DNA of 64,000 bases from assembly GCF_044324875.1 (NCBI RefSeq), contig NZ_CP172185.1. One strand, written 5' to 3'. The notes beneath the pieces are model-generated. The model was not told the DNA's origin. It searched no databases and was given only the letters and a program-made list of their open reading frames with translations. The position numbers were made by a program, and so were the translations under genes. Each line of letters starts with the position of its first letter. Position 1 is the stretch's first letter. Positions 27,349 to 36,457 of this stretch are shown here, in pieces. The DNA comes from Escherichia coli. GTDB taxonomy: Bacteria; Pseudomonadota; Gammaproteobacteria; Enterobacterales; Enterobacteriaceae.

Positions 27349-29229
27349 ATGAGCACGAGAAAATTCAGAACCCTTATCACCGACATCGGGCTGGCAAAGC
27401 TGGCCGCAACAACGGCGCCTGGCGGTAGACCTGTACGCCTTACGCACATGGCTGTAGGGGACGGCAATGGAGAGCTTCGTCAGCCGCAGAAAAACCAGAC
27501 ATCGCTTTACAATGAGGTTTGGCGCCAGTCTGTCAACCGCGTCTTCACCGACCCGGAGAACCCGAACCGCCTCATCGCCGAACTGGTCATTCCTCCTGAA
27601 ACCGGCGGATTCTGGGTGCGTGAAATTGGTGTGTTTGATGATACAGGTACAATGATTGCAGTAGGAAATACCGCTGAAAGTTACAAGCCCACCAGAGAGG
27701 AAGGTTCAGGGCGGGCGCAGATATTCCGTGCAGTAATCACCGTCACCTCCGACGCCGTGGTGGAACTGGTCATGGACACAACAACAATTCTGCCGACCAC
27801 GGACTACATTGATGAGAAAATAGCGGAACACGCACGTTCCCGTAACCACCCTGACGCGACACTGACAGAAAAAGGATTCACCCAACTGAGCAGCGATACA
27901 AACAGCAATTCCGAAACGCTGGCGGCCACACCAAGAGCCGTCAAGGCTGCATATGACCTTGCAGCCCGTAAAGCACCCGCCAGCCACACCCACCCGTGGA
28001 ATCAGATAACTGGTGTGCCATCAGCCTCGCTGACGGCAAAAGGCATCGTACAGCTGAGCAGCGATACAAACAGCAATTCCGAAACGCTGGCGGCCACACC
28101 AAGAGCCGTCAAGGCTGCATATGACCTTGCAGCCGGTAAAGCACCCGCCAGCCACACCCACCCGTGGAATCAGATAACAGGTGTGCCATCAGCCTCGCTG
28201 ACGGCAAAAGGCACCGTACAGCTGAGCAGCGCCACAAACAGTGAGTCAGAGACTGAGGCCGCCACCCCCAAAGCGGTTAAAGCCTTACACGATATGCTGA
28301 CGAGCAAGTATACAGGACAGGATGCAACCACCGGACGCAAAGGCATCGTACAGCTGAGCAGCGCCACAAACAGCAATTCCGAAACGCTGGCGGCCACACC
28401 AAGAGCCGTCAAGGCTGCATATGACCTTGCAGCCAGTAAAGCCTCTGCCAGCCACACCCATCCGTGGAATCAGATAACAGGTGTTCCATCAGCCTCGCTG
28501 ACGGCAAAAGGCATCGTACAGCTGAGCAGCGCCACAAACAGCAATTCCGAAACGCTGGCGGCCACACCAAGAGCTGTTAAAGCTGCGTATGACCTTGCCA
28601 ACAGCAAAGCCGCGGCAGCCCACACTCATCGCTGGGCTCAGATCACAGACGCCCCTGTTTTTTCGTCTGTTGCCCGCGTCATCATGGGTAAACAAAGCAT
28701 AAAAGATATTCTTGATTACCTTGGTTTAGGAGAAGGCTCGACGCTGCCAGTTGGCGTACCCGTTCCGTGGCCTTCGTCAAGACCACCTGAAGGGTGGTTA
28801 CAGTGCAATGGTGCCGCATTCACGCGTACAAAATACCCAAAACTGGCAGTGGCCTACCCTGACCTAAGGCTACCAGATTTGCGCGGGGAATTTATTCGTG
28901 GATGGGATGACCTGCGAATGATTGACAGGGGACGCTTATTGTTATCCACACAGGAAGCAACATATATTTGTACCGCCATACAGGCGTACCACGGCGTAGC
29001 GGGAGGTGCAGATATTCAGGCAGGGATTTCATTTGCATCACATGATAACGACATCATAAACATAACCCCTGATCAACCCAGAACCGGTAACGGCATCCTG
29101 TACGGCAGAAAACCAGTTGACAGATGGGCAATAGCCAGAGCCGGTAAGCTGGTGAGTAATGAAAAAGACAGATGGATAGCGATCAGACCGCGCAATATCG
29201 CTTTTAATTATATTGTGAGGGCAGTTTAA
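27349..29229 (+). CDS. H: Tail fibre protein (gpH-like) with internal 56-aa tandem repeats and C-terminal tail-collar-like domain
   Basis: 626 aa; about five repeats of G(I/T)VQLSS(A/D)TNSNSETLAATPRAVKAAYDLA...SHTHPWNQITGVPSASLTAK; position before the fibre assembly gene. Confidence 0.85.
   Translation: MSTRKFRTLITDIGLAKLAATTAPGGRPVRLTHMAVGDGNGELRQPQKNQTSLYNEVWRQSVNRVFTDPENPNRLIAELVIPPETGGFWVREIGVFDDTGTMIAVGNTAESYKPTREEGSGRAQIFRAVITVTSDAVVELVMDTTTILPTTDYIDEKIAEHARSRNHPDATLTEKGFTQLSSDTNSNSETLAATPRAVKAAYDLAARKAPASHTHPWNQITGVPSASLTAKGIVQLSSDTNSNSETLAATPRAVKAAYDLAAGKAPASHTHPWNQITGVPSASLTAKGTVQLSSATNSESETEAATPKAVKALHDMLTSKYTGQDATTGRKGIVQLSSATNSNSETLAATPRAVKAAYDLAASKASASHTHPWNQITGVPSASLTAKGIVQLSSATNSNSETLAATPRAVKAAYDLANSKAAAAHTHRWAQITDAPVFSSVARVIMGKQSIKDILDYLGLGEGSTLPVGVPVPWPSSRPPEGWLQCNGAAFTRTKYPKLAVAYPDLRLPDLRGEFIRGWDDLRMIDRGRLLLSTQEATYICTAIQAYHGVAGGADIQAGISFASHDNDIINITPDQPRTGNGILYGRKPVDRWAIARAGKLVSNEKDRWIAIRPRNIAFNYIVRAV
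27880..28640 (+). repeat. Tandem 168-bp (56-codon) direct repeats inside the tail fibre gene
   Basis: Repeat unit recurs at 28021, 28189, about 28357 and about 28486 at nucleotide level. Confidence 0.8.
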
Positions 29230-29840
29230 TGAGTAACACTGCAGTTCTGGATGAAAACGGTATCGCCACTTTCGCAGGCGATATCACTGTATATCACTAT
29301 GATGAGGAAACCCGGGAATACACCTCATCCTCTGTGGAGTATCTGGCCCTGGGGGTGGGTACCCCGGCACATTCATGCGCCGATGCCCCGCCAGAGGCAA
29401 TGCCGGGTTACGTGATTTGCCGGACGTCCACGCTGGACGGGTGGGAGTATGTCCCCGATCATCGTGGAGAGACGGTATACAGCACAGAGAACGGTAATCC
29501 GGTCCAGATTACCCAACCAGGTGACTACCCGGAAGGGACAACGACAAAACAGCCTGCCACACCATGGGATACCTGGAACGGTGAGGCGTGGGTAACCGAT
29601 ACAGAACGGCAGCAAGCCGAAGAGCTGGAGGTTGCCAGACAGCAACGCCAGGAACGGGTGGATCAGGCGATGAAGTCCATCGACCTCATCAACCTTAAGT
29701 TGCGGGCAGGTCGCAGTCTGACACCAGAAGAAACGGCAAAACTGAATGCCGTGCTGGATTATATCGACGAGCTGAACGCACTGGATATCAGCACGGGGCC
29801 TGAAATAACCTGGCCGGAAACACCACCAGGAATGGAATGA
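29229..29840 (+). CDS. G: Tail fibre assembly chaperone (gpG/Tfa-like)
   Basis: 203 aa directly after the tail fibre gene. Confidence 0.8.
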   Translation: MSNTAVLDENGIATFAGDITVYHYDEETREYTSSSVEYLALGVGTPAHSCADAPPEAMPGYVICRTSTLDGWEYVPDHRGETVYSTENGNPVQITQPGDYPEGTTTKQPATPWDTWNGEAWVTDTERQQAEELEVARQQRQERVDQAMKSIDLINLKLRAGRSLTPEETAKLNAVLDYIDELNALDISTGPEITWPETPPGME

Positions 29841-29883
29841 GCGGGGAAAAGGAACGGGCATTCATAAATAATTCATCATGCAG

Positions 29884-29903
29884 GTGCCGCAAGAATGCGG
29901 CAC
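29884..29903. terminator. Hairpin (gtgccgc-aagaat-gcggcac) between the converging G and U genes
   Basis: 7-bp perfect stem in the 70-bp gap between convergent gene ends. Confidence 0.45.
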
Positions 29904-29910
29904 ATTACCT

Positions 29911-30399
29911 TCACATCAGATCATTTACGCCGCTTACTGTGGTATTCCAGACCGAACTTAACTTCCCTTTCATTCCCGAAAGCATATCAGACACCGGCGA
30001 CGAGGCCATACTCTCCCGCAAATCCTCATCACAGCGTTCCAGACTGACAGTGAACTCAATTTTTTTGGCCTTACCGTGGCGGTCAAGTTCGCTTCGCGTT
30101 GTGCGGACAGCCGTTATCACATACATGCCGTATATCTGCCCCACACCGTCAATCAGCGGCCATGGGCGACCAGTGTAAGCCTGCGTCGTTAAAAGGCTGA
30201 GGGAAACCTCACCGCCGGTAATTTCGGGATAAAGCACACCGGACAACGTGATCTGGTCGTCACCCGCCCCGATATACTGCCAGCTGGCCGAACGATTGAT
30301 GCGTTCATTTTTAACGTGGCGCCAGGTTTTATTATGTTGCAGTTGTTGATGAGGCAGCGTACGCAACTCAAAAACAAACATGCCGTAAATCATCATCAT
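29911..30399 (-). CDS. U: Tail protein, P2 gpU family
   Basis: 162 aa (P2 U about 159 aa); N-terminus MMMIYGMFVFELRTLPHQ... resembles gpU as recalled. Confidence 0.8.
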   Translation of the reverse strand: MMMIYGMFVFELRTLPHQQLQHNKTWRHVKNERINRSASWQYIGAGDDQITLSGVLYPEITGGEVSLSLLTTQAYTGRPWPLIDGVGQIYGMYVITAVRTTRSELDRHGKAKKIEFTVSLERCDEDLRESMASSPVSDMLSGMKGKLSSVWNTTVSGVNDLM

Positions 30400-30410
30400 G
30401 CGAGGTACTC

Positions 30411-33400
30411 CTAATCTCTGTCACGGAAACTACCGACTGTCTGGCGGATACGGCGTTCCATTTCCGCACGGACGGCATCACCCACCATTTTTGCCAGTTC
30501 GCGCGGGTTTTGCGTGTGAACATCATGCAGGTGAATATGCAGTTCGCCAGTTAATCCCCATGGTGCCGGATCACTCTGACGCGGTCGGGGCGATGCGGGG
30601 GATATGGGCTGGCGTACAGCCTCAACCACCGGACGGGATGTTGCCGTTACGACGGGTGTCATTACCGGCGCAATATTGCCGGACACGACCGGTTTAATTA
30701 CCGGGGAGAGCGTCGGTATAACATCGCCAGCCATAACCGGTTTGATCGCTGGCGAAATAACCGGAGCAACAGACTCAGCCATGACGGAACTGACAGGCTG
30801 AGGCGCTCTCACTATGCCAGCATCGATAACCAGCATGAGCTCGCGTACTGCCTCAAGGACAGGACGGGATATTGCCGCCATCACTGGTGTCATTAGCGGG
30901 GAGAACGTCGGCATGACATCGTGAGTCATAACCGGTTTGATCACCGGCGAAACCACTGGCGTAATATTACCGGACAGTACCGGACGGACGACCGGAGGAA
31001 TAACCGGCACATTATTCACGGACACCACCGGCTTCACGACCGGCGACACGTTCGCCGTGGTGGATATCAGCGGCGAAACACTGACAGGCGGTGGCGCTGG
31101 CAGCGGTGGCAACGAAGGCACACTGACCGACGGCACCTGCGGCAGTCTGACAGGTGGCTCACTGACACTACCCGGTAACAGGGAAGCTGCGCGGTTAAAG
31201 CGTTCCTCCTTCCACTCACCACGAACGGCCAGCGCTTCCGGCAGGTTTTTAAAGATAATATCGCCGGGACCAGTGCGTTTTTTCGCCTGTTTCGCCTCAT
31301 CCAGCAGGCCACCGGTGTTATCGACGATTTTATTCAGGCGACGCATGGTGCCGGTATTCTCCCCCGTCAGCGGAGCAGTTGCTGCAGGTGCAGGTACTGG
31401 CGGCTTTTTGTCTTTGTCATTTTGCGGCGGATTAATGACATTAACATCCGCCAGGAGCATGGCGGCTTTCTCGTTCAGCAGCTCCTTCTGCTTCAGCTCT
31501 TCCGCCTTTTTCCGGGCGCGCTCAACCGCCGACGGAATCAGCCCGAGTTTTTCCAGCACCCGGGTTAACGAGTCAACCAGCAGCGTGACCGGACCGGTCA
31601 CCAGATTGCTGATAAACTCCCCGACCTTCTGCCCGAACGTCCGCCCGGCTTCCGTGCACTTGTCCAGCTCATCCTTTGTTGTGCTTACCGGCGCGAACAG
31701 GTCCACGAACCACTGCCACACACGCCCGATTGTCTGCCCGACGTACTCAAATATCGGTCCCAGCGGTGCCACAGCCTCGCGCAGTGGCGTAAGCCCCTGC
31801 CACAGGCCGGACAGATACCCACCCACGACAGCCTTCAGCTGGTCCCAGTGCCGCCAGATAAGCACTGCCGCACCGACCAGTGCCGCCACCACGAGGCCCA
31901 CCGGACTTAACAGAAAACCCAGCGCCCCGCCAAGTGCGCCCACCGCACCACTCACCATTCCCCACAGCGCAGGCAGACCTGACAGTCTGAGCGCCAGCAT
32001 ACCGATACCGCGCCCCAGAGAAAGCAGAGCACCGCCCGGGGAAGTGAACGCAGCCAGCAGACCACCACGCAGCGTACCGAGTAGTCCGCGCACGCCACGA
32101 AGCCGGACCGCAAGCCGTCCCGCACCGGTATCAAGACCGGCAAACAGCACACGCCAGCCGCCAATACCACTCATCGACCCACCGAGTACGCCGCGCAGCT
32201 GCGTCAGTAACGGCAGCGCACGACCGAGGCCGGATGTGCCGGTCAGCAGGGAAAAGCCAAGACGCAGTTTTGCCAGCGGCCCCAGCAACACGCCGGTAGC
32301 CAGTGACAGCGCCCCCGTGGCCGCAACCGCAGCCAGCAGTGCACCACCGGCAATCAGCAGTTGTTTTGTCAGTTCAGGGTGCGCCTGGGCCAGCGCGGTG
32401 ACTTTCGCAATAACCCGGGTGAACGACTGCGTGACAGAACGCAGCGGCCCGTCAACGAGGTCAGCGACACGGATACGCAGCCCTTCCCATGCGCTGTTCA
32501 GTGATTTCAGGTCGCCGTCCAGGTTGTCCGCCATGATTCTGGCGTTTTCTTCCAGTTCGCCGTTCGCTGCCTGAATCTCACGCGTCAGGCGCGGCAGGTT
32601 TTTTTCGCCTGCCTGTTCAACCAGGCTCATCAGGGAGACATACGCCTCCTGCCCGGCAATATCTGAAAAGAACGAGACTTTTGCCGCGTTACCGTATTTA
32701 CGGGTGGCCTGATACAGCTCATACAGGATATCTTCCATCGGGCGCATGTTCCCGTAAGCATCCTGCGTTTCCACGCCCAGCTGTTTCAGCGCCTTTGCTG
32801 CCGCTTTAGGCGGGTTCACAAGGCGGGACAGACTGGAGCGCAGCGCCGTACCAGCATCACTGCCACGTATCCCCATCGACCCAAGCAACCCGGTCATGGC
32901 TGCGGTCTGTTCAAGAGACAGACCGAGTGAGGCGGCGACCGGTCCCGTATATTTCATCGTCTCACCAAGCCCGCGCAGGTCGGTATTGGTGCGGGTGAAC
33001 GTTGCGGCCAGCGTGTCACCCACGCGGTTCATCTGGTCGGCAGACAACCCGAACTGCGTAAGGATATTTGAGCTGATATCGGCCGTCTGACCGAGGTCCA
33101 TGCCGCTGGCCGTTGCCAGATTCAGCACGCCGGGAAGAGCCGCCTGTATCGCCTGCGGCGTGAACCCCGCCATGGCAAGGAACGCCTGACCGCTGGCAGC
33201 ATCACCTGCGGTAAACTGCGTTTCGGAGCCGAGTTTAAGCGCCTGTTCGCGCAGCGCCTTAAACTGCGGACTGTTTTTGTCAATACGGGTCAGCGCCTGG
33301 ACGCGCGACATCTCCTTACCAAAACTGACCGCCGGTTGCAGGAAACGCCCGGCCGCATAGCCACCTGCCGCTGCCGTGCCGACTGCCGTAAATCCACCCG

Positions 33401-33932
33401 CTTTCAGTTTTCCCGCCATCTCCTGAGCGCGGAAATATTGCTGGCGTGCCTGCGTGACGCGTGCCAGAGTCTGCCGTTCACGTTCCAGCTGTTCGTTGTA
33501 TTGCTGTGTTCGCCGTATGGCCTGTTGAATGGTGTTGTCACTGCCGGAAAGCGCAATACCGTGACGCCGCAGCTCACCACCCAGTTCGCGCATTCGCTGA
33601 ACTTCACGCGCACGGACCTCATTGAGACGCTCAAGTTTGAGGCTCAAATCGTTCATCAGCTTTTTCTGTTTGTCAGACAGCACGGTTCCGGCGCGCTGAA
33701 TTTGCTGAAGTGCGCTTAACTGGCGTTGTGCCCGGGCAATGCCGTTTCCGGCCTTGTTTGCAGCCTCGCGGGCGCGATCAAATGAACGGGCGTGGCGTTC
33801 CAGGTTTTTGATCGCACCCTGCGTTCTCTGTATGGAGTCGCCAAGCTGGCCCATCATGCGACGGGCGTTTTCGGTGGGACGGGTCAGCCTGTCAACAGCG
33901 CTGAAGGCGACCCGTATATCAAGCGTTTTCAT
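30411..33932 (-). CDS. T: Tail tape measure protein (gpT-like), 1173 aa from the ATG overlapping the E' stop, with Pro/Val-rich repetitive C-terminus
   Basis: Very long Ala/Gly/Leu-rich ORF following the E/E' chaperone pair; the ORF track start at 33968 is an over-extension. Confidence 0.85.
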   Translation of the reverse strand: MKTLDIRVAFSAVDRLTRPTENARRMMGQLGDSIQRTQGAIKNLERHARSFDRAREAANKAGNGIARAQRQLSALQQIQRAGTVLSDKQKKLMNDLSLKLERLNEVRAREVQRMRELGGELRRHGIALSGSDNTIQQAIRRTQQYNEQLERERQTLARVTQARQQYFRAQEMAGKLKAGGFTAVGTAAAGGYAAGRFLQPAVSFGKEMSRVQALTRIDKNSPQFKALREQALKLGSETQFTAGDAASGQAFLAMAGFTPQAIQAALPGVLNLATASGMDLGQTADISSNILTQFGLSADQMNRVGDTLAATFTRTNTDLRGLGETMKYTGPVAASLGLSLEQTAAMTGLLGSMGIRGSDAGTALRSSLSRLVNPPKAAAKALKQLGVETQDAYGNMRPMEDILYELYQATRKYGNAAKVSFFSDIAGQEAYVSLMSLVEQAGEKNLPRLTREIQAANGELEENARIMADNLDGDLKSLNSAWEGLRIRVADLVDGPLRSVTQSFTRVIAKVTALAQAHPELTKQLLIAGGALLAAVAATGALSLATGVLLGPLAKLRLGFSLLTGTSGLGRALPLLTQLRGVLGGSMSGIGGWRVLFAGLDTGAGRLAVRLRGVRGLLGTLRGGLLAAFTSPGGALLSLGRGIGMLALRLSGLPALWGMVSGAVGALGGALGFLLSPVGLVVAALVGAAVLIWRHWDQLKAVVGGYLSGLWQGLTPLREAVAPLGPIFEYVGQTIGRVWQWFVDLFAPVSTTKDELDKCTEAGRTFGQKVGEFISNLVTGPVTLLVDSLTRVLEKLGLIPSAVERARKKAEELKQKELLNEKAAMLLADVNVINPPQNDKDKKPPVPAPAATAPLTGENTGTMRRLNKIVDNTGGLLDEAKQAKKRTGPGDIIFKNLPEALAVRGEWKEERFNRAASLLPGSVSEPPVRLPQVPSVSVPSLPPLPAPPPVSVSPLISTTANVSPVVKPVVSVNNVPVIPPVVRPVLSGNITPVVSPVIKPVMTHDVMPTFSPLMTPVMAAISRPVLEAVRELMLVIDAGIVRAPQPVSSVMAESVAPVISPAIKPVMAGDVIPTLSPVIKPVVSGNIAPVMTPVVTATSRPVVEAVRQPISPASPRPRQSDPAPWGLTGELHIHLHDVHTQNPRELAKMVGDAVRAEMERRIRQTVGSFRDRD

Positions 33933-34445
33933 GCTCTGCGTTCCCGCTGCGAAGGGCCGCCCGCTCACGCCAGGCGACCACCTCGCCGGGATCCATCAGG
34001 AAGATTTCAGCGGGAGACCAGTTGAAAATAACGGCGATATCCGCCACAAAGTCTTCAATATGCTCAAAGGGCACGACGGTTATCAGCCTGCCGTCGCCGC
34101 CACGCTCTTCCCGCCAGAGTCCTGACCGGCCAAAAAATTAACCGCCACCCCGCACAGCTGAATAAAATCAGCGGACCCCATGCGCTTAAGCATAACCTCG
34201 TCCAGTCGCGGCGAAGTGACGCGCGGGAGTAACTCAAACATCGCGTCCGTTTTCATGTTCAGCACGTCAAGCAGTGACAGCCCGCGCAGTGAACCGGCCT
34301 GCTGTACAGCAGGCGTGATTTCCACATACGTGATTTTTTTGTTACCGAGCACAAGGGGTGTTTTCAGTGTCACGCCGCGCTCACTGGTCACGTCAGCCAC
34401 ATCAGCACCGTCAGTAACAGGGGCAACAACCGGATTTTCTTTCAT
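33919..34445 (-). CDS. Tail assembly chaperone frameshift product E+E' (programmed -1 frameshift at 34131..34137)
   Basis: Manual translation in the -1 frame after T_TTT_TTG gives an extended product ending at TGA 33919..33921, overlapping the tape measure start. Confidence 0.7.
34083..34445 (-). CDS. E: Tail assembly chaperone, P2 gpE family (zero-frame product)
   Basis: 120-aa ORF upstream of the tape measure gene; carries the slippery heptamer near its 3' end. Confidence 0.8.
   Translation of the reverse strand: MKENPVVAPVTDGADVADVTSERGVTLKTPLVLGNKKITYVEITPAVQQAGSLRGLSLLDVLNMKTDAMFELLPRVTSPRLDEVMLKRMGSADFIQLCGVAVNFLAGQDSGGKSVAATAG
34131..34137 (-). promoter_or_regulatory. Programmed -1 ribosomal frameshift heptamer T TTT TTG (E to E')
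   Basis: Heptamer in frame as (AA)T TTT TTG in the last part of E; conserved mechanism in tail chaperone genes. Confidence 0.7.
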
Positions 34446-34494
34446 GAATAAAACCTCAAATCAGGGGCGACGCCACGCGCCGCCGTGGAAAACA

Positions 34495-35013
34495 TTAACC
34501 ACCAAGACCAATCGCCGAGCGCACGCGGTCCGGGAAGACGCTTTTGCCGTCCTTGCGTTCGATGTGGTTCAGTAAATCAATCTCCAGCACCGGACGGTCG
34601 TTAATGCTGAGTTTGTAGTAGGTACTTTTGACCGCATAGGTGTGAGACGTGACCTCACCCTGTTTGGCCTCCCCGGTATCAATTTCCGTCACGCGACCGC
34701 GAAGCTCAATCTCGTACAGGTCACTCTGTTCTTCATCGTTGTAGTACTCACCGACAAAGCGCAGCAGCGTACCGTCAATCGTGCCGCCGTACTTGAGGAA
34801 CAGTTCGCGGGTCGGCCCGCCCATGGTGAAACTCGCATCCAGCGCGCCGTCATCCAGGCCAAGGTCGATATTTACTGCACCGGCCATACCACCACCGCGA
34901 TAGGCTTCCGTTTTACGGGTCAGTTTGGGGGGCGTGAAGCCGGTCACCCTGCCAATCTGGTTCACCCCGTCAGTAAACAGCGTGAACACCCTGAGATTTT
35001 TTGGTACGGCCAT
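34495..35013 (-). CDS. FII: Tail tube protein, P2 gpFII family
   Basis: 172 aa between the sheath and E genes. Confidence 0.8.
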   Translation of the reverse strand: MAVPKNLRVFTLFTDGVNQIGRVTGFTPPKLTRKTEAYRGGGMAGAVNIDLGLDDGALDASFTMGGPTRELFLKYGGTIDGTLLRFVGEYYNDEEQSDLYEIELRGRVTEIDTGEAKQGEVTSHTYAVKSTYYKLSINDRPVLEIDLLNHIERKDGKSVFPDRVRSAIGLGG

Positions 35014-36296
35014 TAAGCACCTCCAAGCGTCGCAAATGCAGGACCAAAGAATTCATCAGTAAACGTCTGGTAAAGTTCCATATCCTCAAGCGGCGGAACG
35101 GGCGTGTACTTGTAGCGGATACGCACGCGTCCCTGACGAAGTTCCGTGGTGCTGTTATCCACCACGTCATACCAGCACTCCGCACCAACGAGACGTCCTG
35201 ACGTAACCAGCGCATCCAGTTTTGCGCGAATTGCGCTTAACACGTCTTTCACATTAGCAGGGGTCAGCGGGGCATCAATCGTTTCAAACTGCGCTTCCGC
35301 AACAGAATCAGCCAGCACCTGAGCGGTTCGCGTGTACACCTCAAAGATATACGCCTTCGTTTCCGGCGTACGGTTGCCCCAGAAGCGGAAACCGTTACGG
35401 CGAATGATGGTGGTGATTTCCTTGTTGTTGAGATTGTTGGCATCGCTGTCTTCGGACTGAAGGGACCAGAACACCCGGCTGGAAATACCCAGCACATTTC
35501 TTACCGGCACGTTGGACAGCGATTTATGCCAGCCCTGTTCGTGGTCAATACGTGCACGTAAACCGCAGGCGTACGCCGCAGCCGGGAAGACCTCATTAGC
35601 GCCGGATTTCGGGTTATAGGCGATGAAGTCAGGCCAGAGCAGCATAAGTTCGCGCTCGTTAAATCTGGCGCGGTAGCTGATTGCATCAGCGGGCTTCTTG
35701 CAGTTGTGACAGCCCGCGTAGACAAATGCGCGAAGTTTTTCTGCAATTACACACAGGGATTTTGTGACAGCTTCAGTATCCAGTCCGGGAGCTGCGATGA
35801 TGCGCGGACGGTAACCGATGGCATCATCCTGTTCAGCTATCAGAAGTGCATACATACCGGTATAATTACCGTCGCCATCCGTGCCACCAATGACATACTG
35901 GTCCTGCGTTTTGTGTGGGTATACAGGATGTGCATCTTCAGACTCATCAATACCAAAAAATGCCCTGTCTTCAGGATCCAGATGACCGAATGATGTAACT
36001 CCTGTATCCGGGGCGCCCTGAGAACTGGCATCAGGAACGCGCACCACAATCACCTTCGTGCTCACCTGGTCGGCGACAGCCTTAAGCGATTTGTAAAGCG
36101 TCCCCTTTGTGCCGGCCTTACCCAGCACATCACTGACGCGGGTCAGCAGTGTGGGTTTGTTCAGCGGGAACAGAGTTTCATCCGCGTCATCTGCCGTAGC
36201 CACAATACCAATAACACTGGAATCCACATCATTAATGGCGGTGGCAAGGCCGGTACTTTCCCTTACGCGCGCACCATGAAAGCGTGTTTCACTCAT
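35013..36296 (-). CDS. FI: Tail sheath protein, P2 gpFI family (427 aa from ATG 36296)
   Basis: Motifs collinear with P2 FI as recalled (LNKP, KGTLY, EQGWHK, GFRFWGNRT, NYTRTAQV, YTPVPPLE); the ORF track start at 36443 is an over-extension. Confidence 0.88.
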   Translation of the reverse strand: MSETRFHGARVRESTGLATAINDVDSSVIGIVATADDADETLFPLNKPTLLTRVSDVLGKAGTKGTLYKSLKAVADQVSTKVIVVRVPDASSQGAPDTGVTSFGHLDPEDRAFFGIDESEDAHPVYPHKTQDQYVIGGTDGDGNYTGMYALLIAEQDDAIGYRPRIIAAPGLDTEAVTKSLCVIAEKLRAFVYAGCHNCKKPADAISYRARFNERELMLLWPDFIAYNPKSGANEVFPAAAYACGLRARIDHEQGWHKSLSNVPVRNVLGISSRVFWSLQSEDSDANNLNNKEITTIIRRNGFRFWGNRTPETKAYIFEVYTRTAQVLADSVAEAQFETIDAPLTPANVKDVLSAIRAKLDALVTSGRLVGAECWYDVVDNSTTELRQGRVRIRYKYTPVPPLEDMELYQTFTDEFFGPAFATLGGA

Positions 36297-36369
36297 ATGT
36301 TTCACCCTTGTCTGGCTGGTTGATTTTGCGTAATCATTACCCACACACGCGGTAATCTCACCCCTTTGA

Positions 36370-36393
36370 TGTTGTCTCCTGACAGCGACAACA
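36370..36393. promoter_or_regulatory. Perfect dyad TGTTGTC-N10-GACAACA containing TGT-N12-ACA, candidate Ogr-dependent late promoter element shared by divergent FI and D
   Basis: Read directly; fits the TGT-N12-ACA dyad characteristic of P2 late promoters; lies in the 160-bp FI/D divergent region. Confidence 0.5.
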
Positions 36394-36457
36394 AAACAGC
36401 CATTCAACGCCGCTACGGTGCATGAAACCATTACAGAACGCACCAGGAGAGAACACC

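Noticed and set aside
27804-28457. Minus-strand ORFs inside the tail fibre gene
   Set aside because: Antisense artefacts generated by the tandem repeats.
30937-32574. 545-aa plus-strand ORF
   Set aside because: Antisense to the tape measure gene; Ser/Thr/Pro/Arg-rich mirror of the A/G-rich sense frame.
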